From: a virus
Lineage: Duplodnaviria; Heunggongvirae; Uroviricota; Caudoviricetes
Length of the DNA stretch: 30,166 bases
Virus record (IMG/VR): IMGVR_UViG_3300046656_000613
Location: 1-30,166 of that record
Direction: 5' to 3' (one strand)
Position numbers and translations under genes: made by a program. Of this stretch, positions 9,219 through 17,406 are shown piece after piece; position 1 is the stretch's first letter, and the number at the start of each line of letters is the position of its first letter. Below the pieces are notes generated by a model, which ran no database searches, was not told where the DNA came from, and saw only the letters and a program-made list of their open reading frames with translations.

Positions 9219-9905
9219 CTAAGCATTGCTCATCTCGATGTAGCAACTGCCCAAGCAATTTGATCCTTCATCGGCCATGTCAATGGTCGTATCTGCTGGG
9301 GAACTATTGTAAATTTTATACGCCATCCAGAGATCGCCATCGTCGGTTCCGTCTGATATGCCTTCGATCTCGCCGTCCTTGGTCGTGCTAAATGTGCGCG
9401 GATTGACAAGGCCGGAGCCGCCCGGCTGGGCGGTATAAAAACCAAGCACCACCAGCGGCGGCACGCCGCCGGAGACCGTCACCACCTGACTTGACGGATC
9501 GTTATTTGTCCCCTGACTACCGGGATCGCCGAGGGTAACGGAAGTCGCCGCTACATTCCCACGAAAGACATAGCAAACCTTCACCGCGGCATACCCGCCG
9601 TTGCCAGCCATGCCCGTGACACTCGTGCCGCCCTCGGTCCCAACCGCAAGCTTATAGCTAGCGCATAGTCGGATGCCCGTTGCATTGACGCTAGTGATTG
9701 CCGCGGTGAATCCAGTCGGCGTGACGGCGGCGGGCGTAGACGATCCCATTGCGCTATCGGCAATAACGATGAGGTCTCCAGCCTGAATTCCTGATGGCAG
9801 TGTGATGGTCGAGCTGTTGCCAGGGCTTGGTGACGTCGCTTGAAGCGCTAAAGTAATTTCCGCAAGCAAGACCTCAATTGCATTAATGTAAAGAAATATC
9901 GGCAT
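9219..9905 (-). CDS. Fibre-like / beta-rich virion accessory protein (228 aa, start MPIFLY)
   Basis: Ser/Thr/Gly-rich, with TITLPSGIQAGDLIVI and LCASYKLAVGTE motifs typical of phage fibre domains. ATG 9905 follows the stop of the previous gene at 9910. Confidence 0.55.
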   Translation of the reverse strand: MPIFLYINAIEVLLAEITLALQATSPSPGNSSTITLPSGIQAGDLIVIADSAMGSSTPAAVTPTGFTAAITSVNATGIRLCASYKLAVGTEGGTSVTGMAGNGGYAAVKVCYVFRGNVAATSVTLGDPGSQGTNNDPSSQVVTVSGGVPPLVVLGFYTAQPGGSGLVNPRTFSTTKDGEIEGISDGTDDGDLWMAYKIYNSSPADTTIDMADEGSNCLGSCYIEMSNA

Positions 9906-9909
9906 GATG

Positions 9910-10383
9910 TCAGGCCGTGGAGGTCGAAGATGTGAGGCCATAACGAAAGGCGATAGAGAAGGCGAACCCAGCCACGGTCGTGCCGGTGCCAAGCACCATG
10001 GCAAGGTCGTCTCCGGTCGAGAAACTGTTCCCCGTGGAATGGGTCTGGGCATTCTCGGCTGTGGACACGGTATGCGCGGTGCCGCCAATCGACGTGCCAT
10101 TGATTGTAAAATAGGCGCTGCCTGAGCCGATTGAGCCGAGCACGGTGGTCAGATCGATAGTGCCAGCGAGCGGCGAGTTGATCAGCAGGGGGATAATGCC
10201 GGAGCTGGCAATTGGCAAATATCCAGAAATGGCATCGGTCTGGAAACGCTGCGGCAACACCGACAGGGTGGACACGACAATATCGTGGGGCTCGTTCCAG
10301 TCCGATGCCTGAACGCGCTCTGGATTGGCGGTGGAGTCCGAGACAGTGGAAACACGATTGTGCGTGACAGTGAATTGGCTCAT
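9910..10383 (-). CDS. Fibre-like virion protein
   Basis: VTH......D.....RVQASDWNEPH N-terminal motif and beta-rich body. ATGA overlap with the upstream gene. Confidence 0.6.
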   Translation of the reverse strand: MSQFTVTHNRVSTVSDSTANPERVQASDWNEPHDIVVSTLSVLPQRFQTDAISGYLPIASSGIIPLLINSPLAGTIDLTTVLGSIGSGSAYFTINGTSIGGTAHTVSTAENAQTHSTGNSFSTGDDLAMVLGTGTTVAGFAFSIAFRYGLTSSTSTA

Positions 10384-10913
10384 GCGGCAAGCGCCAAAAT
10401 CAACATCAGCGCCCTTTCTTCATCATCTTCGGGAATTTCGCCCACCTCTTCGCGGGCGCTCTTAAACAGATCGAGCAACTCCTTCCGCTCGCGACGCTCA
10501 ATCTCATCTGGATTCGGCTCCTCCGGCCATTCGCCGTAGCGAATGGTGTGAACCTTGGGCTTGCGGATCTTTACCCGCGGGGCAACGCCGGGGATTTGCG
10601 TCGCCCCGCCGCCGCCTGCCGGCGCATTGCTCACGGGCGTTGCGGGAATAATAATTTCGCTATCGCCAACCGCCACCGCGGTCGCGACACCGCCCGCACC
10701 CATTGCGCCATCGACCGCCGTAAGCAACTCAGCAACAGCGATGGCCGTGGCCGCGCCCGCAGCGGCGGCCGCCGCATCAATAGTGGCCTGCGAAGCGGCG
10801 ATCGCCGTTGCCGCCCCGGCCGACAGCATGGCGGCCTCAATAACGCTGGCATCCGGGTTATTCGCCTCGAATGCCGCGTATTCGAACGCGATTCCTTCAA
10901 AAGCTGGGGGCAC
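10380..10913 (-). CDS. Ala-rich hypothetical (probable virion) protein
   Basis: GTG start with RBS AGGAG; AAGA/ATAIA repeats; acidic C-terminus; coupled to the downstream gene. Confidence 0.55.
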   Translation of the reverse strand: MPPAFEGIAFEYAAFEANNPDASVIEAAMLSAGAATAIAASQATIDAAAAAAGAATAIAVAELLTAVDGAMGAGGVATAVAVGDSEIIIPATPVSNAPAGGGGATQIPGVAPRVKIRKPKVHTIRYGEWPEEPNPDEIERRERKELLDLFKSAREEVGEIPEDDEERALMLILALAA

Positions 10914-10925
10914 CTTCCGCTCCTA

Positions 10926-11357
10926 TTAGCTTTCGGTAATCGACGATCCCGTCGTCAGGCGCACCACTGTATTTTGCTGATAGCTCACGTTCGGCGAGAT
11001 GGTGCCCTTGTAATACAACGCGCCGCCCGTCGAAGCAGAGCTGGCGCCACAACCAAAATGCGTCAGCGTACCCGTAGAGGTGGATGTCGCCGACGGATAG
11101 GTGATTGCCGTCACTGGCGACACCGAGCCGCCAGTGACGGCCCAACCCGCCGTGGTTCGCGCCACAGAGACACGCGCATAGCCAGCATAATTCGCCTCAT
11201 TGGTGCCCTGCGTGCCGGCCTCACCGGGATCTGAGGTATGCAGAGACACCCAAAGACTGGTCAGCGGCGAGATGCCATTTTGGGCAATATTAGCGATTGA
11301 GGTTGCATTGAATAGCAATCCTAAAATCGCGCTTTCATAAACGGCCGTTTTTGACAT
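10926..11357 (-). CDS. Minor structural / 'tail fibre'-family protein
   Basis: WVSLHTSDPGEAGTQGTNEANYAGYARVSVAR motif of a widespread phage structural family. TAATG coupling to the portal stop. Confidence 0.7.
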   Translation of the reverse strand: MSKTAVYESAILGLLFNATSIANIAQNGISPLTSLWVSLHTSDPGEAGTQGTNEANYAGYARVSVARTTAGWAVTGGSVSPVTAITYPSATSTSTGTLTHFGCGASSASTGGALYYKGTISPNVSYQQNTVVRLTTGSSITES

Positions 11358-13435
11358 TACGCCCGCGCCCCTTCAATAAATTTGCCCTTGCCTGCTGTGG
11401 CGGTGGCGCCCGAAAGCTTGCCGTCCTTGCCCTTCTCCAGGCTGATCTTGCGCGGCTGCTGCATGGTCTCATTCAGCGCCGCCAGCTCGTTGAGGATGCG
11501 CCGCAGCAGCATCTCGCTGGTGTTGCCACCCGACGATTGTACCGGCGCCGGCTGCCCGCCGCCCGCCGCCGCGCCCGCCCCGAGGGCCGCGATCAGGCCG
11601 GAGATGTCGGCACCGCCCTGCATCGCCGGGCCACCGCCGCCTGGGCCAGACGCTGGAGCGGCCGACGGCAGCGGCATCGCGCCGGATGGGGCTGGGCCAG
11701 GAGGTGGCGCGGCCCCACCGCCCTCGGCCGGAGCGCCACCCGCGGGCGCCCCCTTGCCAGGGGGAGCGATCATGCCGAGCGCCTGACCGGCCTTGCCGAC
11801 CTGCTCGGCCGCCATGCCGCCTGCCCCGATCTGCTGGATGGCGCTGTCCATGCCCATCTGCTCTTCGTTCGCTGCGGCGGCTTCGTCCTGCTCTTCCTGT
11901 GTCATGCGCCATGAGGCCGGGCCGCCGACGCCGCGGATCGCATCGCGCAGCGCGCGATTGAAATGCAGCGGCACTGCGATGGCCGGCTCCGATTCCTTGG
12001 CGACCGCGACCACATTGGCGGTATCGAGGAACTGCTCGACCAACAGGCGAGATTCCATGCCGGTAATCGGCGTGTCGAATTCCCAGATCGTGTCCACCTC
12101 GGACATCGAGTCGGGCATCCGGCTGAAGTCGATCTTCTTCATGGTCACGAGGAGGTTGAACACGGTGTCCAGCATGCGGCTGTGCTCGACCTGGGCCGGC
12201 TCGAACAGCGGCAGCAGATCGCGGATGTGCTCTTCCAGGCGACGCGCCACCTCGAAGGCGGTCATCTCCTTGGCGCCGGTCTCGGGGAGCCGGAGCTTGT
12301 CGAGGAAGAACGCCTTGCTCAGCATCTCGCGCACGTCCACGCGCATCTGGAAGCCGACCCGCATATCCGCGTCGATCTTCAAGATGTCGAGGGCGTCCGA
12401 AAGCTTGGTGTCGTGGTCGAGATCCACCCAGGAGATACCGCCCGCGGCGATGTTGGGCTCGCCGATCACGGCCTCCTGCTTGCCCACCATGGGCGGGTCG
12501 ATGGCCTTCTCGCCGCTCTCCAGCAGGATCTGAGAGAGCATCTGCGCCATGCGACCATCGGGCAGCGCCGTCATGGTTGCCGGGCTGAAGGCGTATTGAG
12601 TATTCGACAGCCGGTGCCAGCGCGAGACGATGTAGTTGAACACCGGAGAGCCGCCGTCCTTGATCATCCGGCAGTTCTCGACGTCGATGCAGCAATTGAC
12701 GAAATCGAGATTGCGCCGTTTGGAGTTGCCGTTCTTGGCGGTGTCCTCAGCGAAATCATCATATTCGTCGCCGGGCATCGAGACATACCGAATCGGAAAC
12801 TCGCGATTTGGCTCCTTGCGCGCGGCGCGCCCGATGCTCTCATGCAGCCGGTTCTCGCCGAAGGTGCGCACCATCTGCCGGGCGCTCATCGACTCGCGCC
12901 GGTGGAGGTGGTCAACCTGCTGGAGCTGGTTGTTCAACCACACGACGTCTTTGATGTGATGATTGCGGAAGAACAGATGCTCGCGATCGACCGGGCTTTC
13001 CTCAATCGACAGCACACCCTGGCCGAAGCCGACATATTGCCGGTCCCAATCCTTGGCGGCGGCGATGAAGCCGGTCTTGGCGCGATACATCTCGCGGCGC
13101 ATGACGCCCGAGACATACTCGTTGAACTGCGCCGTGGCCTCATCCCGATCCAGCTCATTGTCGCCGGTCGAGGATGTAAACCACTGCTTGTTGTAAGGGC
13201 GCAGCATAATGCCGAGCTGACTGCACAGCTCGGCATATGCCTGTTGTGGAAAGCTGTCCATGCGGTCAGCCCCCCAATCTTCGCCGAGATCGAGGGGGGC
13301 CATGAACTCAGCCAAATCTGGCGCGAACTGCCAAGCGATGTCTTGGAGCAAGCTGTCCAGCGGCTTCCTCTTGTCGAAGAGGTGATTGCCGAGGTCCAGG
13401 ATTTCCTTCGCCCGGCTGTCCTTATAGCGCGCCAA
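11357..13435 (-). CDS. Portal (head-to-tail connector, T7 gp8/BPP-1-like) with long C-terminal extension
   Basis: FNYIVSRWHRLSNTQYAFSPATMTALPD..M, PPM, and EMTAFEVARRLEE motifs; position downstream of terL. Confidence 0.9.
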   Translation of the reverse strand: MARYKDSRAKEILDLGNHLFDKRKPLDSLLQDIAWQFAPDLAEFMAPLDLGEDWGADRMDSFPQQAYAELCSQLGIMLRPYNKQWFTSSTGDNELDRDEATAQFNEYVSGVMRREMYRAKTGFIAAAKDWDRQYVGFGQGVLSIEESPVDREHLFFRNHHIKDVVWLNNQLQQVDHLHRRESMSARQMVRTFGENRLHESIGRAARKEPNREFPIRYVSMPGDEYDDFAEDTAKNGNSKRRNLDFVNCCIDVENCRMIKDGGSPVFNYIVSRWHRLSNTQYAFSPATMTALPDGRMAQMLSQILLESGEKAIDPPMVGKQEAVIGEPNIAAGGISWVDLDHDTKLSDALDILKIDADMRVGFQMRVDVREMLSKAFFLDKLRLPETGAKEMTAFEVARRLEEHIRDLLPLFEPAQVEHSRMLDTVFNLLVTMKKIDFSRMPDSMSEVDTIWEFDTPITGMESRLLVEQFLDTANVVAVAKESEPAIAVPLHFNRALRDAIRGVGGPASWRMTQEEQDEAAAANEEQMGMDSAIQQIGAGGMAAEQVGKAGQALGMIAPPGKGAPAGGAPAEGGGAAPPPGPAPSGAMPLPSAAPASGPGGGGPAMQGGADISGLIAALGAGAAAGGGQPAPVQSSGGNTSEMLLRRILNELAALNETMQQPRKISLEKGKDGKLSGATATAGKGKFIEGARA

Positions 13436-13439
13436 GTGA

Positions 13440-13625
13440 TTATTTCCCCAGGAAATCCACAGAGTCGGTTCCGCCGCCCGTGCCGGTCATGTCCGTGTAG
13501 TCACGGCCACGACGCGACGACAGGGCGGCTTGAGCCCGCTTCTTAGCGGCGACTGCTGTGGGATCTTCGGGGGTTGGCATCCGCACGACGGGCGGAGCCG
13601 GGGGCATTTTGGGTTTAGAGGCCAT
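13440..13625 (-). CDS. Small Pro/Arg-rich protein preceding the portal
   Basis: KPKMPPAPP...AAKKRAQAALSSRRGR.....GG......LG resembles small ORFs found upstream of T7-like portals. Confidence 0.65.
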   Translation of the reverse strand: MASKPKMPPAPPVVRMPTPEDPTAVAAKKRAQAALSSRRGRDYTDMTGTGGGTDSVDFLGK

Positions 13626-13689
13626 GGGGTTCTCCTACGGGGAAGGGAACGGGACGCGCGGCTGCCCCGCGCGCCAATGGCCGAAGGAC

Positions 13690-13941
13690 TTACGCTGCCG
13701 CTTCGAGGGCGGGCTCGACGCCGATGCCGGTCAGCCATGCATAGCTGCGGCCCTTGATGATGGCGTGAACGGAACCGATGCTGATGCTGTACTTCTCGCT
13801 GAGCATCTTCAGTGTGACGACGCGCGGCTTGTATTCGCCGACCAGCTCCAGTACCTGCCCGTCGCTGAGCTTGCGGGCGCCACGTGATTTGCCGGCTGAG
13901 GTCTTCTTGATCGCAGTTTTTTCTGCACGCTGCTTGGGCAT
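13690..13941 (-). CDS. Stand-alone HTH DNA-binding protein (resembles the C-terminal HTH of phage homing endonucleases)
   Basis: RKLSDGQV.E......TLKMLSEKYSISIGSVHAIIKGRSYAW pattern. Confidence 0.6.
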   Translation of the reverse strand: MPKQRAEKTAIKKTSAGKSRGARKLSDGQVLELVGEYKPRVVTLKMLSEKYSISIGSVHAIIKGRSYAWLTGIGVEPALEAAA

Positions 13942-13979
13942 GTCTATGTCCTAGATGAGATTGTTGGGGATTTCTGAAC

Positions 13980-14002
13980 AGAACAGTCTGTTATACTGTT
14001 CT
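13980..14002. promoter_or_regulatory. Inverted repeat AGAACAGT-N7-ACTGTTCT, candidate operator
   Basis: Perfect 8-bp arms in an AT-rich intergenic region upstream of the HTH gene. Confidence 0.4.
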
Positions 14003-14067
14003 AATTCTCTTCTTTTACCCAAGCAAATCTTATCAGTACATATGCAATGCGGCAAGATGTCGCAGGG

Positions 14068-15675
14068 CTAATGCCCGCGGCGCTTTTGCAGCGCGCCACG
14101 CCGGGTGGGCGTGGAATGTTTGGGGAGGTTATGGCGGGGATTGCTGGATTCGCTGGCGGCGGCCCGCTTGCGATTGGCGGTATTGCCGTCATGCCAGCAG
14201 ATCACCACAGAGTCCCCCTTGCCAGGGGAGCGGCCCAGGCGCTTCCGCAGCGCCTCCTTGGACTCGATCTTGATGCCGCCCATCTCGACCGTATAGGTGG
14301 GCGCGGTGAGATCGGCGCGCAGCTCAGCGCCGGGCGGCAAAGCCATGCGCGCACCACCGGGCTGATCGGGATCGAGCGCCTCACGGAACTTCCACCACAC
14401 CTCGGAACGGTGGTTGAAGAACTTCAGCTTGCCGGACTGGTCGCGGCCGACGCCCTCGTGATTGCCGTTATAAAGGTGATAGTCCACCTTGTTGTCGCGC
14501 AGGCGCAGCGAGGTCTGGCCGGCATAGCCGCCACCGCTGTCGATGACGATGATCGCATTGTCGCGCCGGTGCTTGAAGATATGCGCCACGGTGAGCGAGC
14601 CATCGACGGTCTCGGAGCCCTTGGTGGTGACGATCTCGTCGTACCAAAAGTCCCGGCGCATCGCGAGTTCCGCGGTATCCCGCCCGCCGCCTGCCGGGTC
14701 ATAACCCATGGCGGTCATCGTCTTGCCGCGCCCGCCATCCTTGTGCCAGCGGTTCTGCGCCTCGATCACCCAGGTGGTCGGGATGAGCTGATTGGAGGCG
14801 TCCGAGCGCGCGGCCATGAAGTTGCCGTCGCGGATCGCGGAGCGCAGCGGCTCGGGCAGCGCGTCGAGCGTAGCCTGATAGCCGGACTTGATCAGATAGG
14901 GATTGTCAGAAAGCTTGGCGGGGATGAAGCTGCGCGATTTCGGGATGTATGTGGTCTTGTCGCCGTTCACCACATATTCCAGCGGCGTCGGTCCATCCAC
15001 CTCCATATCCTCGCCGTCGGGATTGGTGATGAACCAGCGGATCTCGCCATGCCGGGCCGGGTTGGGGTGGGTCAGATCGAGCCAGGGACGATAGCGCCGG
15101 ATCATCCAGTCGCCGGCCGCGTCCACGGGCGGATTGGACACCAGCAGCGCCCGGCATCGCTGATCCTCGCGTGCCGACCGCAGCCAGCCCAGATGGAACA
15201 GGATCTGTGATTCCAGATGCTGGCAGGCTTCGTCGAACACCTTCAGATCGAAGGGTTGCCCCTGGAAGGACTGCTCATCGCCAGGGTCTTTATGCGCACC
15301 GAACACCAGTAGGCGCTCATCCTTGGTGCGCAGCTTGGGCGGGATCGAGCCGGAGAAGCCGTCGCGCGAGCCGTTGATCTCGATGGCCCGTTCGGTCAGG
15401 CCGCCCAGATCGACATACTGCCGGCGCAGGATCAGCGAGCGGTAATGCGCGGTGAAGGCGAGGCCGAGCGCCAGATCGGATTTCCCGCCCCCGCCCTGGC
15501 CGCCGTAAAGCAGCTCCTGGGCGGGATGGTAATAGGCCGTGTATTGCGGCCCATAATTGGGAATCCAAACCTGCTCGGCCTCGCCTTCAATGCTCTTCTC
15601 CAGCTCGACAAGCTCGGCAGGCGACATCTTGTCGAGCTTTTGCAGCAGCTCATCGAGCGGAGAGAGGGTCATCAC
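14068..15675 (-). CDS. terL: Terminase large subunit
   Basis: Walker A LYGGQGGGGKS, Walker B LKVFDEA, coupling motif SNPP, nuclease MGYDPAGGGRD, C-terminal GDSVV. Confidence 0.92.
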   Translation of the reverse strand: MMTLSPLDELLQKLDKMSPAELVELEKSIEGEAEQVWIPNYGPQYTAYYHPAQELLYGGQGGGGKSDLALGLAFTAHYRSLILRRQYVDLGGLTERAIEINGSRDGFSGSIPPKLRTKDERLLVFGAHKDPGDEQSFQGQPFDLKVFDEACQHLESQILFHLGWLRSAREDQRCRALLVSNPPVDAAGDWMIRRYRPWLDLTHPNPARHGEIRWFITNPDGEDMEVDGPTPLEYVVNGDKTTYIPKSRSFIPAKLSDNPYLIKSGYQATLDALPEPLRSAIRDGNFMAARSDASNQLIPTTWVIEAQNRWHKDGGRGKTMTAMGYDPAGGGRDTAELAMRRDFWYDEIVTTKGSETVDGSLTVAHIFKHRRDNAIIVIDSGGGYAGQTSLRLRDNKVDYHLYNGNHEGVGRDQSGKLKFFNHRSEVWWKFREALDPDQPGGARMALPPGAELRADLTAPTYTVEMGGIKIESKEALRKRLGRSPGKGDSVVICWHDGNTANRKRAAASESSNPRHNLPKHSTPTRRGALQKRRGH

Positions 15676-16559
15676 ATCAGCCCGTTAACCAACTCCGGGA
15701 CCGGCGTGGTGCCCCAGGTGACTGTCTGGGCCTCCCGCATCCTGATGATCTCCGGCCCCACCGCAGGAGACGGCGCGATCGGATCGGCCTTGGTCGGCAC
15801 CTCCGCGCTCGCGGGCGCCTGGGGCGGCGGCAGGTAATCGAACCCGGAGATCAGATCCACCGCGGTGCGATCCTGGACCCAGGTAGCGCGGATGTAGTTC
15901 ACATCCTCGATGGCGCCGCGCAGTTGCAGGATCTCGTTCTTGGCGTTCTCGTAGGTGTTGGTCGCCATGGCCACGCGCTGTTCCAGCTCGTTCTTGCGAG
16001 CCAGCAGCTTGAGATCCATCGGGTCCAGCTCACGGAAGCCATAGAGCGGGGTTGGGCGCAGCAGATCGGACTGCGGCGGCACCGTCACCTTGATGCCCAT
16101 CTCCATCGCCTTGCCGATGAAATACTGGCAGCCGGCGCGCTGGTGGGTATAGACTTCCTCGGCGGCTGACATATCGACGCCCCAAAGGCCAATTTCCTTG
16201 GCACCGGACGCGATCGCCAGAGCAAACATCCATGACAGCGATGAAGTGTAAAAGAAGGTCGCGCCGGGACCGAACAGGCGCATGATCTCTTCTTTGGGGT
16301 AGGGCACCGAACCTGGGATCGCGGCCACATGTTCGAGCATGTAAACAGGCACTGGTAATTTCGCCATGAAATCGATATATTCAGGCGAAAACCATGGTTG
16401 ATGTGGTTCCCAGAGATGGATCTCGAACCACGCATCGACCTTCTTGACATAGGGACGCGCACCCGGTGAGCAGCCCCAGATTTCCCAAGTCGGGTCGGAG
16501 TAGGGAGCCAGCGCCACTGATGATGGCGCTGACCCGATCAAAGCGATCTTCTTCGTCAT
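15672..16559 (-). CDS. Putative Maf/Cst-II-like (GT-A variant) nonulosonate transferase
   Basis: N-terminal KIALIGSAPS, IWGCS, FYTSSLSWMFALAI, and GAKEIGLWGVDM parallel the IIAGNGPS...KEIYLSGIDF architecture of CMP-nonulosonate transferases. C-terminal coiled coil. Stop overlaps the terL start. Confidence 0.5.
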   Translation of the reverse strand: MTKKIALIGSAPSSVALAPYSDPTWEIWGCSPGARPYVKKVDAWFEIHLWEPHQPWFSPEYIDFMAKLPVPVYMLEHVAAIPGSVPYPKEEIMRLFGPGATFFYTSSLSWMFALAIASGAKEIGLWGVDMSAAEEVYTHQRAGCQYFIGKAMEMGIKVTVPPQSDLLRPTPLYGFRELDPMDLKLLARKNELEQRVAMATNTYENAKNEILQLRGAIEDVNYIRATWVQDRTAVDLISGFDYLPPPQAPASAEVPTKADPIAPSPAVGPEIIRMREAQTVTWGTTPVPELVNGLM

Positions 16560-16566
16560 GAAGTCC

Positions 16567-17034
16567 TTACGAAGATGTTGAGATGGTGAAATACAAGGAA
16601 GACTGCGGGAACGAGACCGGCGCCCACTGCGCAGTCGAGATCGCGCGCAGAACCACGCGGGCGCCGACGTTGAGCAGGTTGAGGCGCTTGACGTTGCCTT
16701 CCGTTGCGCCTTCCGTGGTGCCCGATGTCACCGGCAGGAAGTTGCAGGCCCCGTTCGCGGTGGAACGGACGATCGCCATCGTCGCCGTCGAGATCGACGA
16801 AGCGTTGATGATCTCCTTCTGCTGGCCGACCTTCTCGGGGGCGAGCAGTGTGAAGGTGGCGGTGGAGCCGGTCAGGACGGAAGTGCCGACCGAGTCCAGA
16901 GTCGATGCGGCGCTCACGCTCTCCAGCGGCTCACGGAAACCGGGAGGGCCGGCGAGGAAGCGGTCATTATCGAGGCCAAGTTCCCGACCCCGGATCGAGG
17001 TCTGAATCTCTGCGCCCCAGCGATTTGCAGGCAT
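16567..17034 (-). CDS. Ser/Thr-rich hypothetical, probably a small virion protein
   Basis: 155 aa, beta-rich and Ser/Thr-rich; RBS AAGGA; ends 7 nt before the next gene. Confidence 0.6.
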   Translation of the reverse strand: MPANRWGAEIQTSIRGRELGLDNDRFLAGPPGFREPLESVSAASTLDSVGTSVLTGSTATFTLLAPEKVGQQKEIINASSISTATMAIVRSTANGACNFLPVTSGTTEGATEGNVKRLNLLNVGARVVLRAISTAQWAPVSFPQSSLYFTISTSS

Positions 17035-17157
17035 GGGGATATCCTTTGCTTAAGTGCTTGTTGCTTGAAGGTACACACGGCTACGGAGGGGGAATGACAC
17101 TGCATCACTGGCTGAAAGCCCGGATCATCACGCTAATCAAGCTGATGAGGCCACCCG

Positions 17158-17406
17158 ATGCGGGACAGAAGCAGATCAGAGCGCCGGCACCACGCCGCGC
17201 GCTTGAAAGCCAGGGCGCGATGGATCGCCGGAAACATTTGGGGTCAGGATCGTGAGCAGCGCATTCACGCTGAGCGACTCGCAGATCACTTGGCATATTG
17301 CATGCGACCATGCTGCAATCGTCGGCGGCTACACGAGGGCCGCACTATTCAGGAGAAACGCTATGGGCTGGGGTCCGGTGACGACAATCAAGATGCCGAA
17401 GAATGA
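17158..17406 (+). CDS. Small basic Cys-containing phage protein
   Basis: RSRSERRH...K.R...LA.....C..PCCNRRR...G.T.QE pattern that I recognise from small phage ORFs; RBS GAGG. Confidence 0.55.
   Translation: MRDRSRSERRHHAARLKARARWIAGNIWGQDREQRIHAERLADHLAYCMRPCCNRRRLHEGRTIQEKRYGLGSGDDNQDAEE

Noticed and set aside
11963-13546. Long + strand ORF (527 aa) and minus alternative-frame ORF 11469-12695
   Set aside because: Shadow frames of the portal gene; high-GC codon bias keeps them open and the translations have no recognisable motifs.
13976-14002. Possible LexA/SOS box
   Set aside because: Does not match the alphaproteobacterial GTTC-N7-GTTC or E. coli CTGT-N8-ACAG spacing.
14047-15210. 387-aa + strand ORF
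   Set aside because: In-register antisense shadow of terL; unlike the 17393 ORF, it has no substantial non-overlapping coding part.
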